Part shown: positions 18,534 to 27,908 of the stretch, one piece after another | Position numbering within the stretch: the first letter of the stretch is position 1 | How the letters are laid out: every line of letters starts with the position of its first letter | Source: Oscillospiraceae bacterium | GTDB lineage: Bacteria > Bacillota > Clostridia > Oscillospirales > Oscillospiraceae | DNA: 64,000 bases | Reading direction: 5' to 3' | Assembly: GCA_017507425.1 (NCBI GenBank) | Contig: JAFWAZ010000197.1 | Span: 1,285 to 65,284 of the forward strand | The notes under the pieces: model-generated | Told to the model about the DNA's origin: nothing | The model's input: the letters and a program-made list of their open reading frames with translations, nothing else | The model's database searches: none | Position numbers and translations under genes: made by a program

Positions 18534-19364
18534 ATGAGCAGAGCAGATGAAATTTACCGGGCTACATGCCTTGACATTTTGGAGAACGGTTTTTGGGATA
18601 CGGATCTTCAGGTGCGCCCCAAGTGGGCCGACGGCACCCCCGCCCACACCGTCAAGAAATTTGGCGTGGTGAACCGCTATAACTTGAAAGAAGAATTCCC
18701 CATCATGACCCTGCGCCGTACCTACTGGAAGTCCGCCATCGATGAGATCCTGTGGATCTGGCAGAAGAAGTCCAACCGCATCGACGAACTGGGCTCCCAT
18801 GTCTGGGACGAGTGGGCCGACGAGAACGGCACCATCGGCAAGGCCTACGGCTATCAGCTGGGCGTGAAGCACAAGTACCCCGAGGGCGAATTCGATCAGG
18901 TGGATCGGGTGCTCTACGATCTGAAGCACAACCCCGCCTCCCGGCGCATCATGACCAACATCTTCAATCATGCCGACCTGCATGCCATGGGTCTGGCACC
19001 CTGTGCCTACTCCATGACCTTCAATGTCACCGGAAACACCCTGAATGCCATCCTGAACCAGCGCAGTCAGGATATGCTCACCGCCAACAACTGGAACGTC
19101 TGCCAGTATGCAGCGCTTGTGCACATGATGGCGCAGGTCAGCGGTCTGGAGGCCGGCGAGCTGGTTCACGTCATCGCCGACTGCCACATCTATGACCGTC
19201 ATGTGGATCTGGTGAAGAAGATGCTGGACAACCCCATGTACGACGCCCCCAAGTTCGAGATCGACAAGTCCGTCACCGATTTCTACGCTTTCACCAAGGA
19301 CAGCTTCAAGATGGTGGATTACCAGTGCAACAAGTTCGATTTCGAGATTCCCATTGCGATTTGA
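18534..19364 (+). CDS. thyA: Thymidylate synthase
   Basis: WDEWADENGTIGKAYGYQ, PASRRI, MGLAPC, LNQRSQD, HIYDRH; ATG after GGAGG. Confidence 0.96.
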   Translation: MSRADEIYRATCLDILENGFWDTDLQVRPKWADGTPAHTVKKFGVVNRYNLKEEFPIMTLRRTYWKSAIDEILWIWQKKSNRIDELGSHVWDEWADENGTIGKAYGYQLGVKHKYPEGEFDQVDRVLYDLKHNPASRRIMTNIFNHADLHAMGLAPCAYSMTFNVTGNTLNAILNQRSQDMLTANNWNVCQYAALVHMMAQVSGLEAGELVHVIADCHIYDRHVDLVKKMLDNPMYDAPKFEIDKSVTDFYAFTKDSFKMVDYQCNKFDFEIPIAI

Positions 19365-19372
19365 GGTAGGAT

Positions 19373-19852
19373 ATGGACGCAATTGTAGCAGTATATGACG
19401 ACTGGGGCATCGGCTGCGAGGGGGATCAGCCCATCGCCCTGAGTGCCGACCGGAAATTTTTCCGCCGGTATACCGCAGGCTCCACGGTGATCGTGGGCCG
19501 CAAGACTGTAGGTTCCTTCCCCGGGCAGGCCCCCCTGCCCAAGCGCAGAAACATCGTCCTGACCCGGCAGGATATCGACCTCCCCGGCTTCGAGCGGGCA
19601 TCCTCTCCTGAGGAGGCGGCTGCCATGTGCGCGGGGGATGAAAAGGTTTTCGTCATCGGAGGCGGCACCGTCTACCGGCAGATGCTCCCCCTGTGCGACA
19701 GAGCCATCATCACCAAGGTGCACACCACGACTGCCTGTGATACATATTTCCCCAATCTGGACGAAAGCCCCCAGTGGGAACTTGCCGAAACGCTGGAATC
19801 CGGTGAGGAGAACGGCATTCCGTATGAGATGTGCGTTTATGTAAAGAAGTAA
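19373..19852 (+). CDS. folA: Dihydrofolate reductase
   Basis: AIVAV..WGIG, D.KFFR, VGRKT, PLPKRRNIVLT, VIGGG, DTYFP; follows thyA. Confidence 0.95.
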   Translation: MDAIVAVYDDWGIGCEGDQPIALSADRKFFRRYTAGSTVIVGRKTVGSFPGQAPLPKRRNIVLTRQDIDLPGFERASSPEEAAAMCAGDEKVFVIGGGTVYRQMLPLCDRAIITKVHTTTACDTYFPNLDESPQWELAETLESGEENGIPYEMCVYVKK

Positions 19853-19888
19853 AAAATGCGTACCGCGAAAAGCGGTACGCATTTTTTT
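19851..19888. terminator. Bidirectional rho-independent terminator
   Basis: AAAAAATGCGTACCGC-GAAAA-GCGGTACGCATTTTTTT. Confidence 0.85.
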
Positions 19889-20696
19889 ATGGATAAAGGG
19901 CTGCAATGACGGCGCGGCATTCCTCTGCGGTCATGCCGCATTGGATATCGGGATGGTACAGAAGCTCGAGAATGAACCAATCGATGTCGCTCAGAGCAAG
20001 GGAGTCGTTGGAATACTGGTAGACGATGCTGTCCTCCCGGAGCTCCGTGTCGGAGATGCCAATGCCGTTGACGATCTCCTCAAGGATGATGGAGCTGCGG
20101 TAGTGCTGCTCGATGTCCGTGCGGCAGCCGATGCGGGCTTCGTAGAGCTCGTTGCTGTCGGTGTAGTACCAGAACTGAACGGCGCCCCATGCGTCTTCCC
20201 CGTTTACCACATCGGAGAAGCCGTCCCGGAATTCCTCCGGTCCGAGGAAGCTGATGGTCATACTTTCCACATACTCGTCCTCGGCTTCCTGAATCCCGGG
20301 AAAACCGGGGAGCTCGTTCAGCTGGATGCAGAATTCCTGCAGCACCTGCAGGTCTTCCTCTGTAGGTTCTCCAAGAACGCGGTAGGTGATGGGTGTCAGC
20401 CATTTCTGGACGCGGCAGGCATTGTCGGTGTCGTCCGTGTACTCGATCTGGAGTACCACATCTTCGAAATAGGTCAGGGTATCCTCCAGAGAAAGACCCC
20501 GGAAATCCATACCGGCGGGGGCGGTGGTGATCGGAACCGTCGTCTCGGGTACGGTTGTCTCGGGAACGGTGGTTTCGGGAACGGTGGTTTCGGGAATTGT
20601 TGTTTCGGGAACGGTGGTCTCTGGAGCGGTGGTTTCGGCCGGATCGGCACAGCCCGCAAGGAGCAGCACAAGAAGCAGGATCAGTAGTTTTTTCAT
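19887..20696 (-). CDS. Lipoprotein with Thr/Pro repeat linker and DUF2927-like domain
   Basis: Lipobox LLAGC; ETTVP repeats; V.KW..PI, IILEEIVNGIG.SD, SIVYQ, LS.ID..ILELLY.P. Confidence 0.65.
   Translation of the reverse strand: MKKLLILLLVLLLAGCADPAETTAPETTVPETTIPETTVPETTVPETTVPETTVPITTAPAGMDFRGLSLEDTLTYFEDVVLQIEYTDDTDNACRVQKWLTPITYRVLGEPTEEDLQVLQEFCIQLNELPGFPGIQEAEDEYVESMTISFLGPEEFRDGFSDVVNGEDAWGAVQFWYYTDSNELYEARIGCRTDIEQHYRSSIILEEIVNGIGISDTELREDSIVYQYSNDSLALSDIDWFILELLYHPDIQCGMTAEECRAVIAALYP
20517..20636 (-). repeat. In-frame 15-bp tandem repeat, 8 units (ETT[VAI]P)
   Basis: GAAACCACCGTTCCC-type units encoding ETTAP ETTVP ETTIP ETTVP x4 ITTAP. Confidence 0.9.
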
Positions 20697-20706
20697 GGCA
20701 GTTCCC

Positions 20707-21273
20707 TCAGAATCCAAAGACGATGCCTGCAGCGGCGGCGATGGCGATGTAGGCGATGGGGTGGGTCTTCCACTTCTTCATGATAAACCACAGCACCACG
20801 GCGAGGGCGATTCCCTTCCAGTTGAACACAGACAAAACGGTGTTCCATCCTGCAAAGGCTTCAAGGTGCAGCAGGCTTTCCCTTACCACACCCAGCAGGG
20901 CGGCGGTGATCATGCCGATGGAGGCAGGACGCAGGGCTTTGAAGATGCCCTCCACCAGAGGAGAGTCCTTGAATTTGTCCAGAACCTGAATGACCAGCAG
21001 GATCACGATGACACAGGGGGCCGCCAATGCAAGGCTTGCAACGACTGCACCGGGGACCCCGGCGGTAAGAAAGCCCACATAGGTACTCATGTTGATGCCG
21101 ATGGGGCCGGGGGTGGATTCGGACACGGCCAGCAGGTTCAGCACATCCTGCGCCGTGAACCAGCCGGTCTTTTCTCCCATCTCGTACAGGAAGGGCAGGG
21201 TGGCGAGACCGCCGCCCACGGCGAACAGGCCGGTCTTGAAGAATTCTGCGATCAGACGGAGAATGGTCATCAT
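20707..21273 (-). CDS. chrA: Short-chain chromate transporter subunit
   Basis: FFKTGLFAVGGG, SESTPGPIGIN.STYVG. Confidence 0.9.
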   Translation of the reverse strand: MMTILRLIAEFFKTGLFAVGGGLATLPFLYEMGEKTGWFTAQDVLNLLAVSESTPGPIGINMSTYVGFLTAGVPGAVVASLALAAPCVIVILLVIQVLDKFKDSPLVEGIFKALRPASIGMITAALLGVVRESLLHLEAFAGWNTVLSVFNWKGIALAVVLWFIMKKWKTHPIAYIAIAAAAGIVFGF

Positions 21274-21809
21274 TTCTTAGTCCCTCCCATCAGATACAGG
21301 ATGTAGCCCACGATCCCGGCGCCCAGCACGATGGCCACGGTGGGCACTTCGGTGAAAAAGGCGAGGAAAACGGTCACAAGGAAGATCCCCCATGCGATGG
21401 GGGTCTTCACAGCCTTTTTGCCGAGGGCAAGGGCGCTGTTGAAGATCAGCACGCACACGCAGACCCGGATGCCCGCGAGGGCGTGGGCCACATAGACGTT
21501 GCTGGCGAAGCTCTCGAGGAAGGCGGCGATGACGGTGATGATCAGGATCGAGGGGCTGATGAAGCCGAGGGAGGCGGCAATGGCGCCGGGGACCCCCCGG
21601 AGCTTGTGGCCGATGAAAGTGGAGACATTGACGGCGATGACGCCGGGGGTACACTGGCCGATGGCGTAGTAATCCATCAGCTCCTCCTCGGTGGTCCAGC
21701 CGTGCTCCTCCACGATGACCCGTTGGACAAGGCTCAGCATGGCGTAGCCGCCGCCGAAGCAGACCGCGCCCATCTGGGCGAAGACCCAGTAGAGTTTCCA
21801 AAGACTCAA
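21270..21809 (-). CDS. chrA: Short-chain chromate transporter subunit
   Basis: MGAVCFGGGYAM, GQCTPGVIAVNVSTFIG. Confidence 0.9.
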   Translation of the reverse strand: MSLWKLYWVFAQMGAVCFGGGYAMLSLVQRVIVEEHGWTTEEELMDYYAIGQCTPGVIAVNVSTFIGHKLRGVPGAIAASLGFISPSILIITVIAAFLESFASNVYVAHALAGIRVCVCVLIFNSALALGKKAVKTPIAWGIFLVTVFLAFFTEVPTVAIVLGAGIVGYILYLMGGTKK

Positions 21810-21961
21810 GATGATTTCTCCTTTCCGGTTATCTTGAAATGTCTATTGCATTTTCTGCGGGAATACGATACAATAAACAAAAATATGTTCGATATCGAAC
21901 CCGGTACGCTGCTATTATATGGCAAACCGGGGAAATTGTCCATAGAAAAGAGGGAACTTTG

Positions 21962-24106
21962 ATGGAATCTTATCTGCGTGAGCTCAACGAAGCGCAGCTT
22001 GCGGCTGCCACCGAAACGGAGGGGTATATCCGGGTCATCGCCGGCGCGGGGTCGGGAAAGACCAAGACCCTGACCAGCCGGTATCTGTATCTGGTGGAGG
22101 AGCTGGGCATCTCCACCGCCAACATCCTCTGCGTCACCTTTACCAACAAAGCGGCCCTCGAGATGAAAAAGCGCATCCGCCGGCAGCTGCCCGACGGGGA
22201 CTTAGGGATGATCACCACGTTCCACGGATTCTGTGTACGCCTGCTGAAAGAGGACTGCCATGTGGTGCAGTATCCCAGCACCTTTATCGTGCTGGATGAG
22301 GACGACAAGGCGGCGATGCTTCGCACGGTTTTTGAGGATCTGGGCATCACCAGCCGGGATCTGACGGTGCAGGACGCCATCGACTACATCGGCTGGCGCA
22401 AGGGCGGACGGGGCTACGTCAAGACCCTGATCGACATGAATGTGCGTCATCTGGAGGATCTGACCGCGTCGGCCAATACCCTCAAGGATAAGGTCATGTA
22501 CCGCTATTTCTACGAGCAGCGCAAGTGCTACGGTCTTGATTTCGACGATCTGGTCTACTTCACGCTGTATATCCTCCAGCAGGACGAGGCGACCCGCCGG
22601 AAATGGCAGGAGCGGCTGGAGTATATCATGGTCGACGAGTTTCAGGACATCGACAAGGATCAGTACGCTCTGGCGGAGATCCTTTCGGGCTACCACGGGA
22701 ATCTGTTCGTGGTGGGCGATCCGGATCAGACCATCTACAGCTGGCGGGGCGCGGATGTGAAGTTCATTCTGGAATTCGAGAGCCGCCACCCCGGTGCAAA
22801 GACCGTTTTCCTGAACACCAACTACCGCTCGGTGCCCCAGATTCTGGCGGCCAGCAACGCACTGATCGCCAAAAACCGGGATCGGCTGGACAAGAATCTC
22901 ACCGCTGTCCGCGCTGATGCACCGAAGCCTCTGTACTTCCATGCCAGGAACAACCAGCTGGAGGCCGACTGGATCACCGCCCAAATGCGGGCCATGGCAG
23001 AGGGCGGGCGAAGCTATTCCCAGATGGGCGTGCTCTACCGGGCGCACTATGTCAGCCGCGCGGTGGAGGAGTCCCTCATCAAGAATAAGATCCCCTATGT
23101 GCTCTATTCCGGCGTGGAGTTTTACAAGCGCAAGGAGATCAAGGACATCATCTGCTACCTGCGGATGATCTACGCCGGGGATGATGTGGCATTCCTGCGG
23201 ACGGTCAACGAGCCCCGCCGGGGCGTGGGCCGGACAAGGCTGGCTGCCCTGAAAAGCTATGCCGAGGAATATCGGTGCAGTCTGTACGATGCGTTGAAAG
23301 AGAATCTGGAAACGGACCTGATCAAACGCTCCAAAGCCATGGAATACGTCCGCATGATCGAAAAATACCGGGCCATCTATGACCAGATGGAGCTGACCGA
23401 CCTGCTGGCGGCGGTGCTCAGTGAGAGCGGCTATGAGCAGATGCTCCGTTCCTGCGGCGAGGAGGATCGGCTGGACAATCTGGCGGAGCTGAAGCAGGCC
23501 ATCTTCGACTTTGAGCGCAAGGCAGGGGAGGAGGTCAGCTTAGGCAATTACCTCGACCATGCGGCGCTGTTTACCAACATGGACCAGACCGACCGGGCCA
23601 GCGCCGTAAAGCTCATGACCATCCACGCCGCCAAGGGCATGGAGTTCCCGGTGGTATTTCTCTGCGGACTGAGCGAGGGCATCTTCCCCGGCAAACGGGC
23701 GGACACCCGGGAAAAGCTGGAAGAGGAGCGTCGGCTTGCCTATGTGGCATTCACCCGGGCCAAGGACCGGCTGTTCCTCTCCGATGCCGCCGGAAACAAT
23801 TACGACGGCACCGCCCGCTGTCCCAGCAGGTTCCTGTTCAACGCAGAAAAGGAGAATCTCGACTACGTGGTAGAGCTGGATCCGGCACTCATCGACGAGG
23901 CCATCAACCAGATCAGCCGCACGGAATCCATGGAAAAACGGGCAGAAAAAAAGCCCGACTGCGTGGGCAGGCGGGTGCGGCACTCGGTCTTCGGCTCCGG
24001 CACCGTCATCGGCGTCCCCCGGGATCGGGAGGGATATATCATTCAGTTCGACACCGTTCCCACCCCCAGAACGCTGGGGCTGAACGGAAAATTGGAATTT
24101 ATCTGA
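21962..24106 (+). CDS. UvrD/PcrA-family ATP-dependent DNA helicase
   Basis: AGAGSGKT, TFTNKAA, VDEFQD, VGDPDQTIYSWRGA, NYRS, TIHAAKGMEFP, EERRLAYVAFTRA. Confidence 0.95.
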   Translation: MESYLRELNEAQLAAATETEGYIRVIAGAGSGKTKTLTSRYLYLVEELGISTANILCVTFTNKAALEMKKRIRRQLPDGDLGMITTFHGFCVRLLKEDCHVVQYPSTFIVLDEDDKAAMLRTVFEDLGITSRDLTVQDAIDYIGWRKGGRGYVKTLIDMNVRHLEDLTASANTLKDKVMYRYFYEQRKCYGLDFDDLVYFTLYILQQDEATRRKWQERLEYIMVDEFQDIDKDQYALAEILSGYHGNLFVVGDPDQTIYSWRGADVKFILEFESRHPGAKTVFLNTNYRSVPQILAASNALIAKNRDRLDKNLTAVRADAPKPLYFHARNNQLEADWITAQMRAMAEGGRSYSQMGVLYRAHYVSRAVEESLIKNKIPYVLYSGVEFYKRKEIKDIICYLRMIYAGDDVAFLRTVNEPRRGVGRTRLAALKSYAEEYRCSLYDALKENLETDLIKRSKAMEYVRMIEKYRAIYDQMELTDLLAAVLSESGYEQMLRSCGEEDRLDNLAELKQAIFDFERKAGEEVSLGNYLDHAALFTNMDQTDRASAVKLMTIHAAKGMEFPVVFLCGLSEGIFPGKRADTREKLEEERRLAYVAFTRAKDRLFLSDAAGNNYDGTARCPSRFLFNAEKENLDYVVELDPALIDEAINQISRTESMEKRAEKKPDCVGRRVRHSVFGSGTVIGVPRDREGYIIQFDTVPTPRTLGLNGKLEFI

Positions 24107-24247
24107 GAAATCAGGGCAGCTTTGATCCCCATGCCGGAAGTGTTTCTCGGAGTCCGAAAATGGTCGAATTATTCTGAGGGCGAATCCGTTGCCTTTTTCT
24201 GCTAAATCTGATATGATACATCCATCATTGAAAAGAGGTGTTGTTTC

Positions 24248-24970
24248 TTGAAAAAGATACTGATCGCGGATAATACAGACACATGGCGCGAGGTAATGCG
24301 TGAGACGCTTCCTGAGGATTATCAGGTTTACGGCTGCGCGGACGGCACAGCGGCATGGGAAATCACGGAGCATGAGCGGCCGGATGTTCTGGTGTTGGAT
24401 CTGATGATCCCGGGAAAGAATGTCCTTGGGATTTTGAAGGAGCTTTCTGCGTTCCCGGACCGGCCCAGAACCATCATCACCGGCCGGTATGTCAGTGACC
24501 ACGTCCACGCAGCCTTGGAGCGGTACCGGGTAGATCTGATCCTGATGAAGCCCTGCGAGGCACAGGATCTTGCGGAGCGGATCACGGAGATGCTCTGTGA
24601 GCACGAACCCCTGCTGCACCGGGGCGCCTATGACCCAATCATGGCGATTCTGGTGGAGCTTGGAATCCGTACCAGTCAGCAGGGCTTCCGATTCCTGCGC
24701 ACCGGTATGGAGCTGCTGATGGAGGATCCGAATCAGATGCTGACGAAGCATCTGTATCCTGCCATTGCCGCTCAGCATAATACCAGCGCCGGGAATGTGG
24801 AAAAGGGCATCCGTACCGCCATCGGAAGCGCTTGGAAGCGCCGCAGAAACGATGTCTGGCGCAGATATTTCGCCCCCGCGCCCAATGGGGAAATCCCCAA
24901 GCCCACCAGCGGACAGTTCCTGTTCCAACTGACGGATGCACTGATTTCCAGCCGCAACAGACGGGCATGA
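24248..24970 (+). CDS. Response regulator with Spo0A-type C-terminal DNA-binding domain (Spo0A paralogue)
   Basis: Receiver (ILIAD, PDVLVLDL, KP) plus LGI....GF.FLR, LTKHLYP.IA...NTS..NVEKGIR.AI, KPT..QF; TTG start after AGAGGTG. Confidence 0.8.
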   Translation: MKKILIADNTDTWREVMRETLPEDYQVYGCADGTAAWEITEHERPDVLVLDLMIPGKNVLGILKELSAFPDRPRTIITGRYVSDHVHAALERYRVDLILMKPCEAQDLAERITEMLCEHEPLLHRGAYDPIMAILVELGIRTSQQGFRFLRTGMELLMEDPNQMLTKHLYPAIAAQHNTSAGNVEKGIRTAIGSAWKRRRNDVWRRYFAPAPNGEIPKPTSGQFLFQLTDALISSRNRRA

Positions 24971-24973
24971 TCT

Positions 24974-25014
24974 GACTCGGGCCGATGCAGTTTTCTGCAT
25001 CGGCCCGAGTCTTT
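24974..25014 (+). terminator. Rho-independent terminator
   Basis: GACTCGGGCCGATGCAG-TTTT-CTGCATCGGCCCGAGTC-TTT. Confidence 0.75.
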
Positions 25015-25037
25015 GCCGGCTCTGAACACAATGTTAG

Positions 25038-25066
25038 TTGACATTTTTCAGCTGCGGTTTTATAAT
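25038..25066 (+). promoter_or_regulatory. Consensus sigmaA promoter
   Basis: TTGACA-17 bp-TATAAT upstream of the SLH protein. Confidence 0.85.
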
Positions 25067-25116
25067 ATTCTATGCGAACGTACAAGCCTTTGCATCCACG
25101 AAAAGGAGGAAAAACC

Positions 25117-27843
25117 ATGGAAGCAAAACGTATTTTGTCAGCAGTAATGGCACTGGTGATGGTGCTGTCTCTGGTCGGCGCGGCTCCCGCCCGGGCAGAG
25201 GAGACGCCGGAGCTGGTGCCCATCTACACCTATGAGAACGGAGACTATCTGTTTGAGAAGGTCTCCCATGTGGACACCCCCCTCGGTCAGGCCGACGGCA
25301 TCGTCGACTATCTGGGCGGCGGCGTGATCGCCCCCTATGTCCCGGGCGTCAGCGAGCCCGGCAACGGCGACCGGGGCCAGTCCTATTCCTATGCATCCTG
25401 CACCTACGGGGACTGGGTCTACATCAACACCATGTACGGCGGACTCGGCATCACCTCCATTCTGGGCCACGGCCTTGCAGGTCTGAGCCCCGAGGCCGTT
25501 CAGGCGGTCATGGACGTTATGTACAACGGCCACCTGTACTACGGCGAGCCCGACAAGATTCAGGCCGGCGGCATTCTGGTGAAGTTCAACGTTAAAACCG
25601 GCGAAACCAAAATCCTGATGTCCCGGGAGCTCAACGGCCTTGTTCCCACCTTCCGCAATGCCTGTGTCATGGGCGATAAGATGTACTTCGTGGGCATGGT
25701 GGTGGACACCAGCACCATGAGCGAGCAGGAGGTCAACATGGCCATCGCCAAGCAGGACGGCCAGCCCTGCCTGTACGAGATCGATCCCGCAACCGATACG
25801 TTCAAGTGCATCTACAAGTGCGTGGACATGGACGGCTACCGGGAGCTGGTGGCCAACAACATCTTCCCCTCCACCCGTGCCGTTTCCGTTTATAAGGATC
25901 ATCTGGTCACCGGCGGCATCGAGGCCGAGGGCTCCTTCATCGCCATCTCCGCCAACCCCTCCGCCGGTCAGGACAGCTTCGTCCGCATCGCCGAGATGGA
26001 GGATCTGTTCAATTATCCCGCCTATCACAGAACCGACGTCAATGCCGGCGGCGGCATCTATCAGACCATCGAATACAATGACAGCCTCTACGTGGTCGTC
26101 TGCTCCGGCTCTGCCGATACCCTGAACGACAAGGGCACCCTCCGCTCCTTCGCCATCGTCCGCGGCGACTGCGAGGGCGATCCCACCGTCAAGGAAAACT
26201 GGACTTGGACTGCCGTTGTGGGCGATCAGGAGAACGACGGCGCCCGCTACACCTTCGGCATCGATCCCACCCGCATCAGCTGCGGCGCCTGTACGCTGGA
26301 GGTCTACAACGATCACCTGTACATCGGCGAATACAACGACGTTTCCAACGCCCTGCAGAACTTCATCCTGAAGAAGTCCTTCCGTACGCAGGCCACCAAT
26401 CTGGAGCAGTCCATCAACCTCTACCGCATGGACAAAGACGAGAACATCGAGATGATCGTCGGTGACCCCACCGAGATGTTCCCCGAGGGCGGCATCTCCG
26501 GCATGGGCTCCGGCTACGAGACGCATATGTCCCAGTACACCTGGCAGACCGTGGTGTACGAGGGCAAGCTCTACGTCAGTACCATGGACACCACCACCCT
26601 GCTGACCCCCATCGCCCAGTTCACCAACGGCGAACTGATCAACATGAGCCGCGAGGAGTGGGATCGGCTGGTGAACTACGTTCAGGTTCTGCTGGAGATG
26701 TTCATGCCTGAGGAGGAGCCTGCCTCCGCACCCGATGAAATGATCCGTTCCGCTGTGGAAGCTGCGCAGATCCGCATGGGCAGCACCATCACCCTGACCG
26801 CCGAGCAGAAGCTGCAGCTGACGGCCGAGATCGAGGATGGCACCACCGACGAGGGCATCCCTCCCGAGGCTGCCGAGGTGCTCATCAAGATCAACGAGCT
26901 GCTGCTGGAGCTGAGCGAGAAGTTCGAGAGCGGCGATCACGAGGAATTCGCCGAGATGTACGCACAGGCCATGGAGATGCTGGAGAAGGTCGAGCCCTAC
27001 ATTCCCGAGTCCATGAAGGGCGTGTACGATCTGCTTCTGAGCTTCGCCACCTATGACAATTTCGAGGCGATCATCGACTCCATCGAATTCATGTCCACCT
27101 CCGTGGCCGGCTTCGACCTGTATGAGATCGAGGAGCAGCCCGACGGCTCCGTCACTGTCAAGACCGTCACCAATAACGGCTTCGGCGACCGCTTCAACCA
27201 TGGTCTGCGTATCTTCGCCAAGACCACCGATTACCTGCTGATCGGCACCGCCAACCCCTTCTACGGCACCCAGCTCTGGCGCAGAGCCAACTCGGACAGC
27301 GACGTTTTCGTCAATCCGTTCATCGATGTGAATGAGGGCGACTACTTCTACGATCCGGTCATGTGGGCTGTGAAGGAGGGCATCACCACCGGCACTACCC
27401 CCATCACCTTCTCTCCCAATGATCCCTGTCAGCGTGCACAGGCTCTGACATTCCTGTGGCGCGCCATGGGCAGCCCCGAGCCCGCCGCAGTGGAGAATCC
27501 GTTTACGGATGTGAAGGAGACGGACTTCTTCTATAAGGCCGTCCTGTGGGGCGTGGAGAACGGCATCGTCAAGGGTGTCTCCGAAACGGAGTTTGCCCCC
27601 TACGCCACCTGCAACCGCGCCCATGTGGCCACATTCCTGCATCGGGCGCTGGGCTGTCCCGAGGTTCAGGGCACCGAAAATCCCTTCACCGATGTCCACG
27701 AGGGCGACTTCTTCTATGACGCCGTTCTGTGGGCAGCGGAGAATAATGTGACCACCGGCGTCACGGCGGATACCTTTGCACCCGCCGATGACTGCCTCCG
27801 GGCCCACGTTGTCACGTTCCTGTACCGGGCACTGGCCGAATAA
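25117..27843 (+). CDS. Secreted S-layer-homology (3x SLH) protein with probable beta-propeller N-terminal region
   Basis: Signal peptide (ARA/E); three NPF.DV....FFY.AV.W....G...G.....F.P...C.RA..TFL.R repeats at the C-terminus. Confidence 0.85.
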   Translation: MEAKRILSAVMALVMVLSLVGAAPARAEETPELVPIYTYENGDYLFEKVSHVDTPLGQADGIVDYLGGGVIAPYVPGVSEPGNGDRGQSYSYASCTYGDWVYINTMYGGLGITSILGHGLAGLSPEAVQAVMDVMYNGHLYYGEPDKIQAGGILVKFNVKTGETKILMSRELNGLVPTFRNACVMGDKMYFVGMVVDTSTMSEQEVNMAIAKQDGQPCLYEIDPATDTFKCIYKCVDMDGYRELVANNIFPSTRAVSVYKDHLVTGGIEAEGSFIAISANPSAGQDSFVRIAEMEDLFNYPAYHRTDVNAGGGIYQTIEYNDSLYVVVCSGSADTLNDKGTLRSFAIVRGDCEGDPTVKENWTWTAVVGDQENDGARYTFGIDPTRISCGACTLEVYNDHLYIGEYNDVSNALQNFILKKSFRTQATNLEQSINLYRMDKDENIEMIVGDPTEMFPEGGISGMGSGYETHMSQYTWQTVVYEGKLYVSTMDTTTLLTPIAQFTNGELINMSREEWDRLVNYVQVLLEMFMPEEEPASAPDEMIRSAVEAAQIRMGSTITLTAEQKLQLTAEIEDGTTDEGIPPEAAEVLIKINELLLELSEKFESGDHEEFAEMYAQAMEMLEKVEPYIPESMKGVYDLLLSFATYDNFEAIIDSIEFMSTSVAGFDLYEIEEQPDGSVTVKTVTNNGFGDRFNHGLRIFAKTTDYLLIGTANPFYGTQLWRRANSDSDVFVNPFIDVNEGDYFYDPVMWAVKEGITTGTTPITFSPNDPCQRAQALTFLWRAMGSPEPAAVENPFTDVKETDFFYKAVLWGVENGIVKGVSETEFAPYATCNRAHVATFLHRALGCPEVQGTENPFTDVHEGDFFYDAVLWAAENNVTTGVTADTFAPADDCLRAHVVTFLYRALAE

Positions 27844-27908
27844 AAAACTCCGGGCCCTGCTGCAAAAGCAGCAGGGCCCTTTCAAAAAAGAAACGGGAGG
27901 AAAATCCC

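Noticed and set aside
20517-20636. Possible CRISPR array
   Set aside because: Contiguous in-frame 15-bp coding repeats with no spacers and no cas genes.
24248-24970. Naming this gene spo0A
   Set aside because: Recognition helix diverged and no spoIVB context; treated as a paralogue.
25138-27885. 915-aa minus-strand ORF, and similar ones at 4004-5905, 863-2566, 10381-11952, 11897-13621
   Set aside because: Each overlaps well-supported genes on the opposite strand; typical high-GC shadows.
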